This document shows positions 28,485 to 41,583 of a DNA stretch of 64,000 nucleotides, piece by piece. Under the pieces are notes generated by a model, which saw only the letters and a program-made list of their open reading frames with translations, made no database searches and was not told the DNA's origin. Numbering within the stretch: position 1 is the first letter of the stretch; each line of letters begins with the position of its first letter. Both the position numbers and the translations under genes were made by a program. This stretch comes from Octopus vulgaris (lineage: Eukaryota): assembly GCA_951406725.2 (NCBI GenBank), contig OX597839.1:31372001-31436000 (forward strand), read 5' to 3'.

Positions 28485-28688
28485 TTTGCTTTAAATTATC
28501 ATCTCATATTCCTCTGTGTGTGTGTGTGTGTTTGCCTTCATTTCTGTGCATGTATCTGTGAACATATTCCTGTGTGTGTATGCATGTATGTGTGCATGCG
28601 AACATTCCTGTGTGTGTATGTATGTCTGTTTGTATGTACATGTGCAAACATATTCCTCTGTGCGCATGTGTATCAGTGCACATATTCC

Positions 28689-28731
<43 letters not shown>

Positions 28732-29587
28732 ACATTCCTTATGTAATTTGCCAAACAATAGAAGTGGCAGCAGATAGAAACTGAAACCAAACTGTGGAAT
28801 CGATGCTGCCGAGAGCTGCCTACTCTACTCTTCGGCAACGGTTTATTTATTTAGCAAGTCTGTCTGCAAAGTACCTGGATTTGACTATCTGTGGAGAGAA
28901 ATAAAGAGATTCACCAAACCAAACGATGGCAACTTATAAAAAGGAGAGACAGGGGGAGAGCAAGGAGAGAGTAAATAATGCCACTTGTTTCACTGCAACC
29001 ACCATTACAATGATAGCAACAACAACAGCAACAACATATATAATAATAATAAAAATAATGATAATGATAATAGATTAAATAATAAGAAAGAGTAGGGGAG
29101 AAGCGTGGGATTTGTGTGTTTGTAGCAATCAGCTCCACAATTGAATTTAGCGAGCTGTTTGCATTTGATTCAATGGCATAATTGATTTATGGATGGAGTG
29201 GAATGTTTGGTGAGGAGAACCGTGAATAGTCATAGATTTCAGCAATTCATCCATTCTTTTGCGGAAACATCATCATCAGAGATTCTTTCAGCCTCTTCCA
29301 TTCCACCAAGAGGGGAAGCCAATATTGACATGATTTCTGACGATGAAGTTGACCTCTTTCGATCTATAGCATAAATGAATTACATCAGTGCTTCTAATTA
29401 ATTCCAATAACTCTAATTACAGACAAATCAGCTGAGTACATCGACAATCCAGCCACCTACACTGAGTCAGAATTCCATTTCACATACCCCCTGCCTCTTG
29501 CCCCACAATGGAGGGGCTGTATTGCAGAAAGTAAGGTCCATGCTAGAAGGCTTGCTTTAACAATCGCTTGTTGTGTCAGTATGTTAA

Positions 29588-29967
29588 CCCTTTGGTATTT
29601 AGACTGTTCCAAATATTGATTTCAAATTATGGCACAAGGCCAGCAAATTTGGAGGAGGGGGTAAGTGGATTACACGGACCCCATTGCTCAAATGGTACTT
29701 ACTGACCCCGAAGGGATTAAAGAAAAAATTGACCTCAGCAGAATTTGAATTCCAAATGTAAAGACGGATGAAATGCCACCGACCTGTTTGATGTTCAAAC
29801 TGGCCAGATCCAGCCTCTCACACCCACCCTACAATGTCATCCTAGAAATAAGCAATCCCCTCATTGAAATCTCAAAGCTATGAGATAATGCAATGCCCGA
29901 TTAATCCAAAACAATGTGAATAGATTAGCCTTACATTTGACGAAGGAGTAATCTGAAGGCAAAAGGG
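29588..29967. mobile_element. piggyBac-type MITE interrupted by a SINE (about 29618-29780)
   Basis: Starts TTAA|CCCTTT and ends AAAAGGG. Internal sequence matches the 5554 and 31492 copies, with a SINE family A segment nested inside. Confidence 0.7.
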
Positions 29968-30443
29968 TGAACGAAGCAACAAATTACAATCTCCTCGTTT
30001 AATATTTAAAACAGCTGAAGTTCATTGAAACAATTAACAACTCGCATGAGTAACGAGTATTTGATGTACGACCAGAGCAAAAACTCATCTTTACTCCCTG
30101 AGTTATTGGCTGCAATTAATGGAAAGGCCTGGGGGGAGAAGATGGATGCTTTGTCGATGATGTGGTGTGAATGACTCCATGGGACCAGTCCTTAATGAAG
30201 TGATACTGCTAAGGATAAGGTAAGATTAAGTTTGGCAGGATTTGAACTCAGAAACCTAGAATTGCAACTCAATATTACAAGGCATTCTCTTTGATAAAAT
30301 AACCACAAGATCAATGTCTTTTTGTCAGGTTCAAACCCTGCGGCAGTTCGCCAACTCTATTCAGTTCAGTCAAACCTCCATCACTTCTTCATACATTGTT
30401 AAACTGACCCCCATTATGTACTCATTGCCTCTTTCATCTAGAC

Positions 30444-30725
30444 CAGTGGGTCTCAATCAGGGTCCAGATGACCCTTGGGGGCCCTTATGACCCCTGAGGG
30501 TCCATATAAGATTTTGTTGTTAAAATTTATGAGCAAGAAATTGGTTTTACTTCTGTAATACACAAACTGTTTTAATAATTATTTTTAATAAAAATCCTAA
30601 TAAAATTAAATTATGAAACTATAATAGGATGGGTTTTAAGCACTGAGTGGTGATGAGGGTGCATCTGAGTAATGATCAAAGAATTAAAGGGGTTCAGAGA
30701 GAAAAAAAACGGTTGATAAATACTG
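30444..30725. mobile_element. hAT (Charlie-like) MITE
   Basis: CAGTGGGTCTCAA...TTGATAAATACTG termini with an 8-bp TSD, ATCTAGAC/ATCTAGGC. Confidence 0.75.
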
Positions 30726-31241
30726 ATCTAGGCAAAACATACAGAGATGCAGACACAGAGACACACAATAGAACAAATATATTAGCCAGAAATAGAATAC
30801 CAAGATAAAAAAAAATTACAGAAATAAATTAAAAATGTAAAATCAAACACAACAAGGAATACAAAAGGTTTTCGTGATGAGACGTGGTGTAATTGTGATT
30901 CAAATGGTAAAGTACGGAACCAGATCTTTCGCGTTTTCTGTTCTGTTCTGTATTCCAAAGCTGTCGTATTGTCTTTCATTTGCAGTTTTGGATGTCAACA
31001 AAATGCCTGAAATCAATCATCTCTAACTTGTTCCTTGTCAACAAAAATAATGGTTTGTCAGAAACAATTATTTTTACCAATCTCGACCAAATTTCAAAAA
31101 GAGATCTTTCATCTCCATTTTAACCATCGCAACGTCACACATGAACGTTCCAAAATAGCTTGAAACAGTTATTATTGGATCAAAAAGAATATTACAATTA
31201 ATAAAAGGAAATTAAGACAGAGAAAATCAATGTTGACTTAC

Positions 31242-31380
31242 ACATCGGTCTCAGCTGATCAGCCAGCTCATCTTTGGTCCATTCCTTCTTCTCAAAGCCA
31301 TAAGAGAGAACTGGAATGCTGAGCTTCGCACTATCTGGATAGGGCACATTAAGATAGTGCACCAGCACAATATCAGGATT
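31242..31380 (-). CDS. CAMTA1: Internal coding exon of a calmodulin-binding transcription activator (CAMTA family), C-terminal part of the CG-1 DNA-binding domain
   Basis: Translates to NPDIVLVHYLNVPYPDSAKLSIPVLSYGFEKKEWTKDELADQLRPM. NPDIVLVHYLNVP and WTK.EL..QL.PM are recognisable animal CAMTA CG-1 motifs. Acceptor ctttgttttctgttcag (CAG at 31381-31383), donor gtaagt (31236-31241). 139 bp, phase 0 start and phase 1 end. The symbol is a family-level assignment. Confidence 0.93.
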
Positions 31381-31491
31381 CTGAACAGAAAACAAAGAAG
31401 GTCAGTTTGAAGTAGACACAACAAAGAATTTAGGGTTTAAAAAAAATGTTTTAAATAAAAAGAGACAAAATGTTATTAGATTAACCCTTAA

Positions 31492-31928
31492 CCCTTTAGC
31501 ATTCAAACCGGCCATATCCGGCCAAAATATTCAACCTGTTTTATATTGAAACTGACCAGATCTCACCTCTCACCTCAGCCCTACCATGTCATTCTAAAAC
31601 TAAAAAATCCCATCACTGAAATCTCTAAACTACAAGATAATGCATGATTAATTCAAAACAATATAAATAAACAAACATCACGTTTTACAGAATAATCTAA
31701 ACACTAAACGGTTAAACATTCAGATTTCTTTCTCAAATGTGATCCTTATTCATTCACATTGTTTTGAATTAACCAATCATTATCTCGCAGCTTCAAGGTT
31801 TCAATGGTGTGTTTGTAAATTTTTAAAACGACATTGCAGGGTAGGTGTGAAAGGTTGGATCTGGTCAGCTTCAATATAAAACGGGTAGAATATTTGGGTT
31901 GGCAATGGCTTGATTAAATGCTAAAGAG
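31492..31928. mobile_element. Two adjacent piggyBac-type MITE copies in opposite orientation (about 31492-31711 and 31716-31928)
   Basis: TTAA|CCCTTTAGCATTC at left, TGCTAAAGAG|TTAA at right, central TTAA at 31712-31715. The halves are diverged reverse complements. Confidence 0.78.
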
Positions 31929-33219
31929 TTAAAATCAAAAGTTTCTTTGTGAATATAGTCATAACTCATTAGTCAGTGTTTTTGTATCATCTTGAGTGGT
32001 AACTGGAGATTTTAATCCAGATTATCATAAGAGATATGCATGAAACCGAGGTAGGAGATTAAAGTATTTTGTTACCACAAGTGTATTTGCAAGTTTTTAC
32101 ATTCTCTCTCATATAAATATAGGGATAATTAAATGAACAAATTCTTAAATTTTCTGAACTTGTATGTGAATATGTGCAATGAGTGTGTGTGTATATGTAT
32201 GTTTATGTACGTATATGATGAGTAAAGACTTATATATATGCAATTGAATTCCTATCTATAAACTTGTGTGTGTTTATAAAAGGGAAAAAGTACTCCATAC
32301 ATAAAGTAAAGCATAGTTTATTATAAGAAATTGTAATGAATTGTTTCAGCAAGTTTCACATTTTTTGGATGTGCAAATGAAAGAAGTTGGAGGTAGGGTA
32401 ACAGAAATAGTAAACATATCAAAATATAAACAGTCAAAAGAACATTGAGATTTGATTGAGAAAAGCAAAAGAAAAGAAAAAGGAAAAGAAATGCCATGCT
32501 CACTGTATATGGCATTTTAATTTATTCATGGGAGAAAGCACAATGCTTCCATGTGTACAGTACCATGTGTATAAAACACACAGAAGTAAAGAAAGCAAAC
32601 CTTGTTGATGAAGCTTTATACACACACACACACGTTAATGAAGAACCATCAAATGTCTATTAACACAAACATATGTGCAGTCACCTGGAACAGTTTTGGC
32701 TGATCAAGGGCTTGCATCCACCTGTCTTTTTTTCTTCCTCATACACTAAATTTTGATGTTATGAAACAGAAACAAAGTTTTTACCCAAGGGTACAATAGA
32801 GTAACTGTACTGGGATGAGAACATTTGGTCTCTCTTATTCACACACCAATCTCTTCCTTTACACATACACATGCACACACACACACATACATGCTTGTCT
32901 GTATCTTTTGAAAACCATCCTTAGAAATATGAATTTGTTTATAATAAACTCAGAAAATATACGAAACATTGAAAGTAGAGACGTAAATGTTGTGAAACCA
33001 ATTGAGAAATCCTCCCAACATTACGGGGGAAAAAAAAAACTAATTAATTTTTGTTCTAGCAACAATTTTAATTACAAAGAAAAATAAAAGAGGGGAAGAA
33101 CTAATGATATTTATTGCTAATTAAATATAAAGTAAAATAATTATAAAATGGTTAATGAAACAGATTAATGAATTGAATTGATTTAAGAATGAGAAATGTA
33201 TTTGTGGAGGACTGGTATT

Positions 33220-33535
33220 CCATTGGTGACAATGACAAAAGTTCCATTTGAACCAATCAATGGAACAGCCTGCTTGTTAAATTAATGTGCAAGTGGCTGA
33301 GTACTCCACAGATGTGTACCCTTAATGTGGTTCTCAGGGAGATTCAATATGACTCAGAATGTGACAAAGCTGGACCCCTGGAAATACAGGTACAACTTGC
33401 TTCTGCCAGCTGAGTGAAATGGAACAACATGAAATAAAGAATGTTGCCCAAGGATACAATGCATTACCAGAGATTGAACTCACAACCCAACTATGTGACC
33501 CAAACACACCCCTAACCCCTAAGCCATGTACCTAC
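33220..33535 (-). mobile_element. SINE family D
   Basis: Aligns by eye with 46740-47045. Confidence 0.68.
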
Positions 33536-34159
33536 ACAGGAAAAGAGTGATAAGAAGGATCCTATAATTTAGGAAATTGTTAAAGAAATATGGAACTATA
33601 AAAGTCATCTTTAAGTTATAAAAGACAAATGAATCTTAGGGAGCCCATCTCCTTCCATATTGTAAGATTATAGCAGAAGGGGACAATTTGATCTCAACAG
33701 ATTTAACATGTCGATAGGGACTCCTTAAATAGTGGACATTATTTTTAGTACAAGAAGCACAAAACATTTCAATAATTTGTATCTTTGTCCTGTCTTTTTA
33801 ATTTAAATTTTGAGCAGCCACTTGCTTGGGAGCAAGGCTGTGAAGGAAAGAACCTTGTTTTGTTCATCATCCTCCAAATCTTAAGAAGGTCTTGCAGATC
33901 TTTATAGTTCCAGATATTGCGATCATTTGTAGAGTATGAATTAAGGATTTGCGTTTTCTGCCCCTCAAACCCAAGTTCAGCCATACTTAGCTTCAGATGG
34001 GGTTGGCATGTATGCTGTTGCTCCAATAATAATAGGGATGAAGATGAAAGTATATCTTAGGTACTGGATTTGCGAACTCCTTATCAAAGCTCCATAGATG
34101 ACATGTATGTGTGTGTGTGTGTCTTTGTATGTATATGTGTGTGTGTGTGTGTGTGTGTA

Positions 34160-34201
<42 letters not shown>

Positions 34202-34620
34202 CAGAAATATATCGATAAATAGTTATGCACATAATAATGAAAATGCAACAAAATATTTGGTAGTGATTTTTGTTTAAACAACAACAAAAATTGGTGACAT
34301 ATTTTAGAAACAAGAACAAAAAGACACAGAAATATAAAAGAAGGGGATCGATAAAGGGGCTGCAACTGTTTAGAGCCAGGCTGAGGTGACTTATTATCAG
34401 AGTCATTCCAATTATGGCCATTCAGTCTTCTTTCACAAATAAACTATCTCGGAATACTTTATCTAATATATCTTCTCTATTTTTAAGAAAGTAGAGTTTG
34501 GTCTGAGGGAGAATTGGCTGCTCTTTTTAATATGTTGAATGATTGCATGAAGCAGCTCATTCTTCTGATAGAATTTTCAGAAAAATATGCAAAAAGCACA
34601 AAACTTTATTTCTAAAAGTA

Positions 34621-34655
<35 letters not shown>

Positions 34656-34891
34656 AAATAGACAAAATAGCTATGCACATATGTAGAGATATGTGTGTGT
34701 GTATGTATGTAGAGATCCTTAACCAATAGCTACATTTCCATGCTGATGAAATTACAGAAGACAATTAGTGCAATGGGAGATCATGGGGAGGAGGACAGGG
34801 ACATAAATTAATTATATTACACTAATTTAATTACAGTAATTTAATGCCACATCTTTTTGCATTCAAAAATATCTCAATATCCAATTTCCAA

Positions 34892-34926
<35 letters not shown>

Positions 34927-35088
34927 CAGTTCTAAATATATATAAGTCTAAATAAGAAGAGATTATTATTATTATCATTATTATTATAATCATTGTTGGT
35001 GTAGTTGTTGTTGAAGATAGGACCTATATTCACTTCTTTGCCATACTTACAAATGTGTTATGAATATGAGTGTGTGTGTCTATATAAT

Positions 35089-35124
<36 letters not shown>

Positions 35125-36554
35125 TATATATATATATACATGCATATATATATATATACATACACACACGTTCATATATATGTGTGTATGTATCTATGTA
35201 TGCATGTACACACACACACAATGCAATGTCAAAAATCAGTTGAGAAAAATTACACAGAACAACACACATACAGAAAAGTACAATGAATATGGTGTTGGTC
35301 TAATGGGTGAGATGAGTACTTGAAATGAGTACAGGGTGTGTCGATGTTTTGGACATTTGTCCTGCTTCAGAAACAAAAGAAGAGGGCTCAATGGTTTTAT
35401 AAAGGCTCCAGTAGGTGGCTGATATTTAATTTATTGATCTGGGAGGGAGAATAAGTTTTTGAAAGTGGAGGAGACTTGTGACTAAATCTCATGGACGTCC
35501 ACATCTAGTTGACAACAACAACAACAACAATAATAATAATAATAATAATAATGATAATAATAATAATAATAATAATAATAATCTTTTCTATTATAGGCAC
35601 AAGGGCTGATATTTGGGTGGGTGGGGGGAAGCCCAGTGTTTCGCTGGTAGTTAATTTACTGACCCCGAAAGGATGAAAGGCAAAGCCAGCCTTGGCAGAA
35701 TTTGAACTCAGAATGTAAAGACAGATGAAATACCACTTGGTATTTTACTCAGCATGTTTAACGAGTCTGCCATCTCGTCTTCTCAATAATGATAATAGTA
35801 ATAACAATAATAATCATTAAAAAAAACCAGGTTAGAATCTGTCTTGAACCTTCAGATGCATTGGGCCAGTTTCTGAGGTGTTTTGATAACTTAGTGTCCA
35901 AGAACTTCCCCACTGAACGATGATGCCAGTCCATCACTCAGTTGATCCTTAGTTTCTATTGGCCCTTATTTTCAGCTGAATGGACGGGAGTCACATGAAA
36001 TGCCTGGCTCAACGATGCAGCATAGTGTCCAGTTTGGGAATCGAACACTCAAAATTTCCCTCAAAATTTCAGGCCTTATGTGACAAGGCTGGGCCCCTGG
36101 AAATACAGGTACAACTTGCTTCTGCCAGTTGAGTGAACTGGAACAACATGAAATAAAGAATGTTGCCCAAGGATACAATGCATTACCAGAGATTGAACTC
36201 ACAACCCAACTATGTGACCCAAACACACCCCTAACCCATGTTCCTACACAGGAAAAAATGATAAGAAAAATCCTATAATTTAGGAAATGGTTAAAGAAAT
36301 ATGGAACTATAAAAAGTAGAAAAAATATTATATAGCTTTCGAATTATGGCACAAAGCCAGCAATTTTAGCAGAGTGGGGGTAAGTTGATTACATTGACAC
36401 CAAGGTTCAACTGGTAGTTTTTTTCATCGACCCTGAAGGAATAAAAGACAAAGCTGACCTCAGCAGAATTTGAACTGAGAACAAAAGGATAGAGGAAATG
36501 CTGCTAAGCATTTTGCCTGGCACCCAAATAAGTCTGCCAGCTCTCCACCCTACA

Positions 36555-37086
36555 AAGAATTCTTATGTTAACGAAGAATTCTTATATTAACGAAGAATTC
36601 TTATATTAACGAAGAATTCTTATATTAACGAAGAATTCTTATGTTAACGAAGAATTCTTAAATTAATGAAGAATTCTTATGTTAACGAAGAATTCTTAAA
36701 TTAACGAAGAATTCTTATATTAACGAAGAATTCTTATGTTAACGAAGAATTCTTATATTAACGAAGAATTCTTAAATTAACGAAGAATTCTTATATTAAT
36801 GAAGAATTTTTATATTAATGAAGAATTTTTATATTAAAGAAGAATTCTTATATTAACGAAGAATTCTTATGTTAACGAAGAATTCTTATATTAACGAAGA
36901 ATTCTTAAATTAACGAAGAATTCTTATGTTAACGAAGAATTCTTAAATTAACGAAGAATTCTTATATTAACGAAGAATTCTTATGTTAACGAAGAATTCT
37001 TATATTAACGAAGAATTCTTAAATTAACGAAGAATTCTTATATTAATGAAGAATTCTTATATTAACGAAGAATTCTTATATTAACG
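36555..37086. repeat. Minisatellite, 28 x 19 bp (AAGAATTCTTATATTAACG)
   Basis: 532 bp, exactly 28 units with no indels. The unit contains the palindrome AAGAATTCTT. Confidence 0.95.
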
Positions 37087-37389
37087 TCTAAATCCTGCCT
37101 CACTTACGAGAGCAGCAGGTGAATTGTGAATAAAAATACATTTTAAAAATATAAATAATTTGATTCCATTTGCTAATGGTTATTTTGGCGGAGTTTTGAT
37201 ATACAAAAAAAAGCAACAATACAACTAAGAACTAAAATGGGGCAGAACAAAAATAGGGATCTCATTAAGACTGATGGCTTTCAGTTTTATAATTTCTCTG
37301 TGATTTCTTCAAAAGATTCAACCGTTCCCATTCTTCACTGGAAGTTGATACTTTCACTGATATTAAACAAAATATACAAGCAGCAACAT

Positions 37390-37740
37390 ACAGGCACAGG
37401 TGTGGCTGTGTGGTAAGAATTTTGTTTCCCAAACACATGGTTGTAGGTTCAGTTCCACTGCATGGCACCTTGGGGAAGTGTCCCCTACTATAGCCCCGAG
37501 CTGACCCAAGCCTTGTGAGTGGGTTCGGTAGATAGAAATTGAAAGAAGTCTGTAGTGTATGTATGTGCCTCCCCATTGTTTCACAACTGGTGTCAGTTTG
37601 TTTATGTCCCTGTAATTTAATGGCTCAACAAAAGGGACAGATAGAATAAGTACCATGCTTTAAAAACCCAAGCCCTGGGATCAATTCAAACTGATGCCCC
37701 AGCATGGCCACAATCAAATGACTGAAACAAGTAAAAGGTA
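37390..37740 (+). mobile_element. SINE family B
   Basis: GGCACAGGTGTGGCTGTGTGGTAAG...GACTGAAACAAGTAAAAG. Confidence 0.78.
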
Positions 37741-38015
37741 AAAGGTAACCACAATAAACATACTAAGGTGTTGGTGGTGGTGGTGGGGGGGTTGAATGCA
37801 TTTACTTTTCAATAACTAACATCCAATATTTCTCCTTTTCTCTTTCTTTAGTCGTAGGTAGAATTTTTCTGGTTAAAATTGGTAAACTTTCCAATTTAGA
37901 AAGAAAATAAGTAAACATAATTATAGTTAAACTTCAGTAATTTCGATCTAACATCTATAACTAGCAATTACTTATTGGAAAGGGAAATTTTCGTTTAGCC
38001 TCCAGGTACTTTGTG

Positions 38016-38047
<32 letters not shown>

Positions 38048-38373
38048 ATACTGTGCATGTGTGTGTGTGTGAGTGTGTGTGTGAAAAAGAGAGACTGTGT
38101 CAACATGGGAATGAGTGTAAAGTTTGGAAATAACTATTTGTGAGAAAGCATATACACATATACAGGGACCTGTGTGTGTGTGTGTATGTGTGTGTGTGTG
38201 TGTTGGTGTAGACAATCAATTCATAACAAAAATCTGAAAATACAGACACTCTACGGAACATCTAATTACCATATCTATATTCTATAAAGTGAAACCTCCA
38301 TAAAAGAATTTGTGAAGACGAAACCTCCAATCTGAAGTTAGACATCAAGTTAGACCTGGTGGTGTCTGTGGAC

Positions 38374-38695
38374 GTGTACTCTAATATCATATGTGTACTC
38401 TGGTGTTGTAAGTATGCCATAATATTGAATGTGTACTCTGGTATTGTACATGGGCTCTATTATTGTAATTTCACTTTAATATTGTATATGAACTCTAGTA
38501 TTGTATGTGTACTCTAATATAGGAAATGTACTTTATTATTGCAATTGCACTTTGATATTGAATGCGTACTCTAGCATTGTAGGTGTACTATCAAACTGCA
38601 TGTGTACTCTAATGCATATATTTACTCCATCATTGTACACACACTCTAATAGTATGTGTACTCTAATACTGTATGAGTACTCTAACATTGTACTA
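38374..38695. repeat. Degenerate ~19-bp tandem repeat (GTGTACTCTAATATTGTAT-like), about 17 units
   Basis: GTGTACTCT and ATTGTA recur at about 19-bp spacing. Confidence 0.75.
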
Positions 38696-41511
38696 TAACT
38701 GAGTGTTCTCTCCTTTCATCAGTTCCTGTGGCAGTCCAAGAATGAAAGACAAACCTAAACTCACATTTATTTAGAAATAACCATCTCTGGTCTCTTGCCT
38801 CTCTGGGGCTCTTGGACGTTTCCTGATTGTCAAGAAACAGATGCAAGTCTTTGGCAGAATCCCTCCTCCTCCTCTCACCCAAATCAAACTTCGAATTTAC
38901 AAGACAATGGCTGTCAAATAAGTACTTTAGCTTTAAATAAATTCTACCTGTCTGCAATCATCCTTCATCCTTTCTTTCTTTCTTTCCCTCCCTCATGCTT
39001 ATTACAGATTAAACTGCATTACCAATACTTCCAGGTGGGAGGTGGGGCATCTAAAAACTTTTTTGCATTTTCCCTCCTTTTCTCTCTTCACAGCTTTTTC
39101 CCCCATTAAAAAGGAAGCTTGGTCAATCATATTTCTGATTTTATTATTATTTTTTATATTATTATTATTATTTTATATCATCATCATCATTATTATTATT
39201 ATTATTAACAAAAATGGATAATGAAAATGGTTGTGAGAACCACAGATGAAGACAAGATAAGCTCTTGGCAAATTAGAATTGAGAGAGAGATGCTCTCCCA
39301 ACAGGATAACCATATTATCAATTCTCTCACAGACCGCTCTAAATTAAAAGACTGTACTAAGCATCAGATATATTTCTTTGATAGATTAGGTGAGATGAAT
39401 TTCTTGGCAGTCTCTAAACACAGGCAGTCTTTTTTGATGTTAGAATTTTTGAAATGGATTCCTGTCAAGTCTCGTTTGAGAAATCTGCTCCTTGTTTTGA
39501 TGTCGGTACTAGTTCCATTTACATAAAAACCGAAGACTCTGATGAAAGTACTTTCAATGTAGAATGGTGAAATCTGTGTCACTAAGACAACGTTTATAGA
39601 ACAGGGTTTATTGGAATACTTCATAGAAGAAGTCAAATGGCTTTTTAAAATTTTTTTTCTTCTTCTATGGAAAGTAAATAGAGACAGATTCTGACATACG
39701 ACAAGTAGGGAAGGTCTCGTGTTCTGTTAACGTCCAGCGAAAATGATATTGAGTGGACATAGGTTCTACAGAGGGGGATGGCTGTGAGATTAAATATGAA
39801 ATGAACAGAGGCAGCAGATTTTAAACAAACCACATGATTATAGCATCTGATAAGAGAATGACAATGAGAAAGAAAGAGGAGAGATATGACAGAGAGGGAA
39901 AGGGAGAGAGAGAGAGAGAGGACAGGAGAGCAAACAAGATATTTTTTTTCTATGATATTCACTTGAGTTACAGAAGTTAATAAACACTCTTTAAAATGTT
40001 AGTGGTGTTGGAGGTGGTGATGATAATGATGATGTTGATGCTGATGATAATGATGAAACCACTGTTGATAACAAAGATGATAAAGGTGAAACTATTATTA
40101 TTATTATTATTAAATGAAACATCAAAGAACTGATGTTGTTACCTTTCAGACTTCACAAAACTGTTATCTCTGGATCAGGTACATCAATTTTGTTAAAGTG
40201 ATTGAACTAAAAAGTTGTAATTTGATTTCAAATAAATTGTGCAATTGTCATTAAGCTTAATGCTATTAGGCCTGCGTCTGCTGTGTAGTGTCATGTCAAC
40301 GGATATTTCAAATAAAGCTTTTAACAGATTTTACAGCTAAAAGGTACCAAAATACTGGTCTACACATATGCACTCATCTAAGTCCTTGTCTAGCAGCAGA
40401 ATGTGAAATGTAATTAGTCATGTTCTATAGTTTTAATTAATCCTTAACGACCTCAAGTAGCCAGCAATGTTTTATCAGCTTTAATTGGCAAAACCAACAA
40501 CAGGGTTTTTTTCTTATCAATAATGTTGTTTAACACAAAAAGTAGCTGTGTGGTAAGCAGTTTGCTTCTCAGAAAACTCTGCAAAGTGGTTGATGTTTGG
40601 AAGAGCATCCAGCCGTAAAAACCATGCCCCGAAACAGGCAACTGGGGCCTGGTGCAGCTCTTCAGCTCTTGTCAAACTGTCCAACCCATGCCAGCATGGA
40701 AAGCAGATGTTAAATGATGATGATGATGATGATGATTTGTTTTATTGGTATTTATTTGCTGAACATCTAAGCTGCAAGTCATAAGCAACAGCGCTATTTT
40801 TTCTAAGGTAAATTTTATCATAGACAGGGACACTGATGCCCCCCACCCACACATGTCTGTCTACATATGTACCTAAGGGCTGGCGTACATCTTTGTCTAG
40901 CAATCTTACTCACAAAGTATAAGTCAATACAAGGTTATAGATGAAGACACTTATCCAAGGTACCGTGCAGTGAGATTGAACCAGAAATTACTTGGTTGCA
41001 AGGCAAATGTCTAAACAACACAAGGATATGTTACAGAACTGAACTCCTGAAAATCTGAGCCAATGAAAGAACCCCTATGTAGGTACCCAACCTGTAAAAA
41101 TTAGCAGCCAAGTCCACTTCAGATTTTCTTCTTTTGTTTTTTTCCATCACAGGATGCTCTCTTTTGCTTTGCAAACTATGAAACAATCCCAAACACTGCT
41201 GCTGCTGCTACAAAAAGCACCCAGCACCATAAGTATTTGGGACTTGATCTAAACACTGACAATTTGGAACTTGAGAGGCTGTTTTAGTGTTGCTGATGAC
41301 AAGGTAACTTCTATAGTGCTGGTGTCATGGAAGATGCATGCAGTACACTCTGTAAAAGCAGTTGGTGTTAGAGAGGCTGTCCAACTGCAGCAGGAAGTAT
41401 GCCAAAAAAGATGCATGAAAGGAAGACACGATCCTCCAAGCTATTGAATCCTCTCAAACTGTCTGACCCAAACCAGAATGGCAAGTGGATGTAAAACAAA
41501 TGAACAAATGA

Positions 41512-41581
<70 letters not shown>
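41512..41581. repeat. (GAT)n microsatellite
   Basis: Direct inspection. It is the tail of a decayed family C copy. Confidence 0.9.

Positions 41582-41583
<2 letters not shown>

Noticed and set aside
29189-29374. 61-aa ORF near the exon
   Set aside because: It is on the opposite strand to CAMTA with no family resemblance, and the minus-strand frame examined does not resemble the expected next exon.
31198-31395. Full 65-aa ORF as a standalone gene
   Set aside because: Only 31242-31380 is CAMTA-like. The ends are intronic read-through past the splice sites.
32680-32735. CAG...GTGA-bounded segment on the minus strand as the upstream CAMTA exon
   Set aside because: The acceptor is preceded by purines, there is a phase-0 stop, and it shows no similarity to the expected CG-1 sequence.
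36555-37086. CRISPR-like array of palindromic repeats
   Set aside because: The units are contiguous with no unique spacers, there are no cas genes, and the context is eukaryotic. It is a minisatellite.
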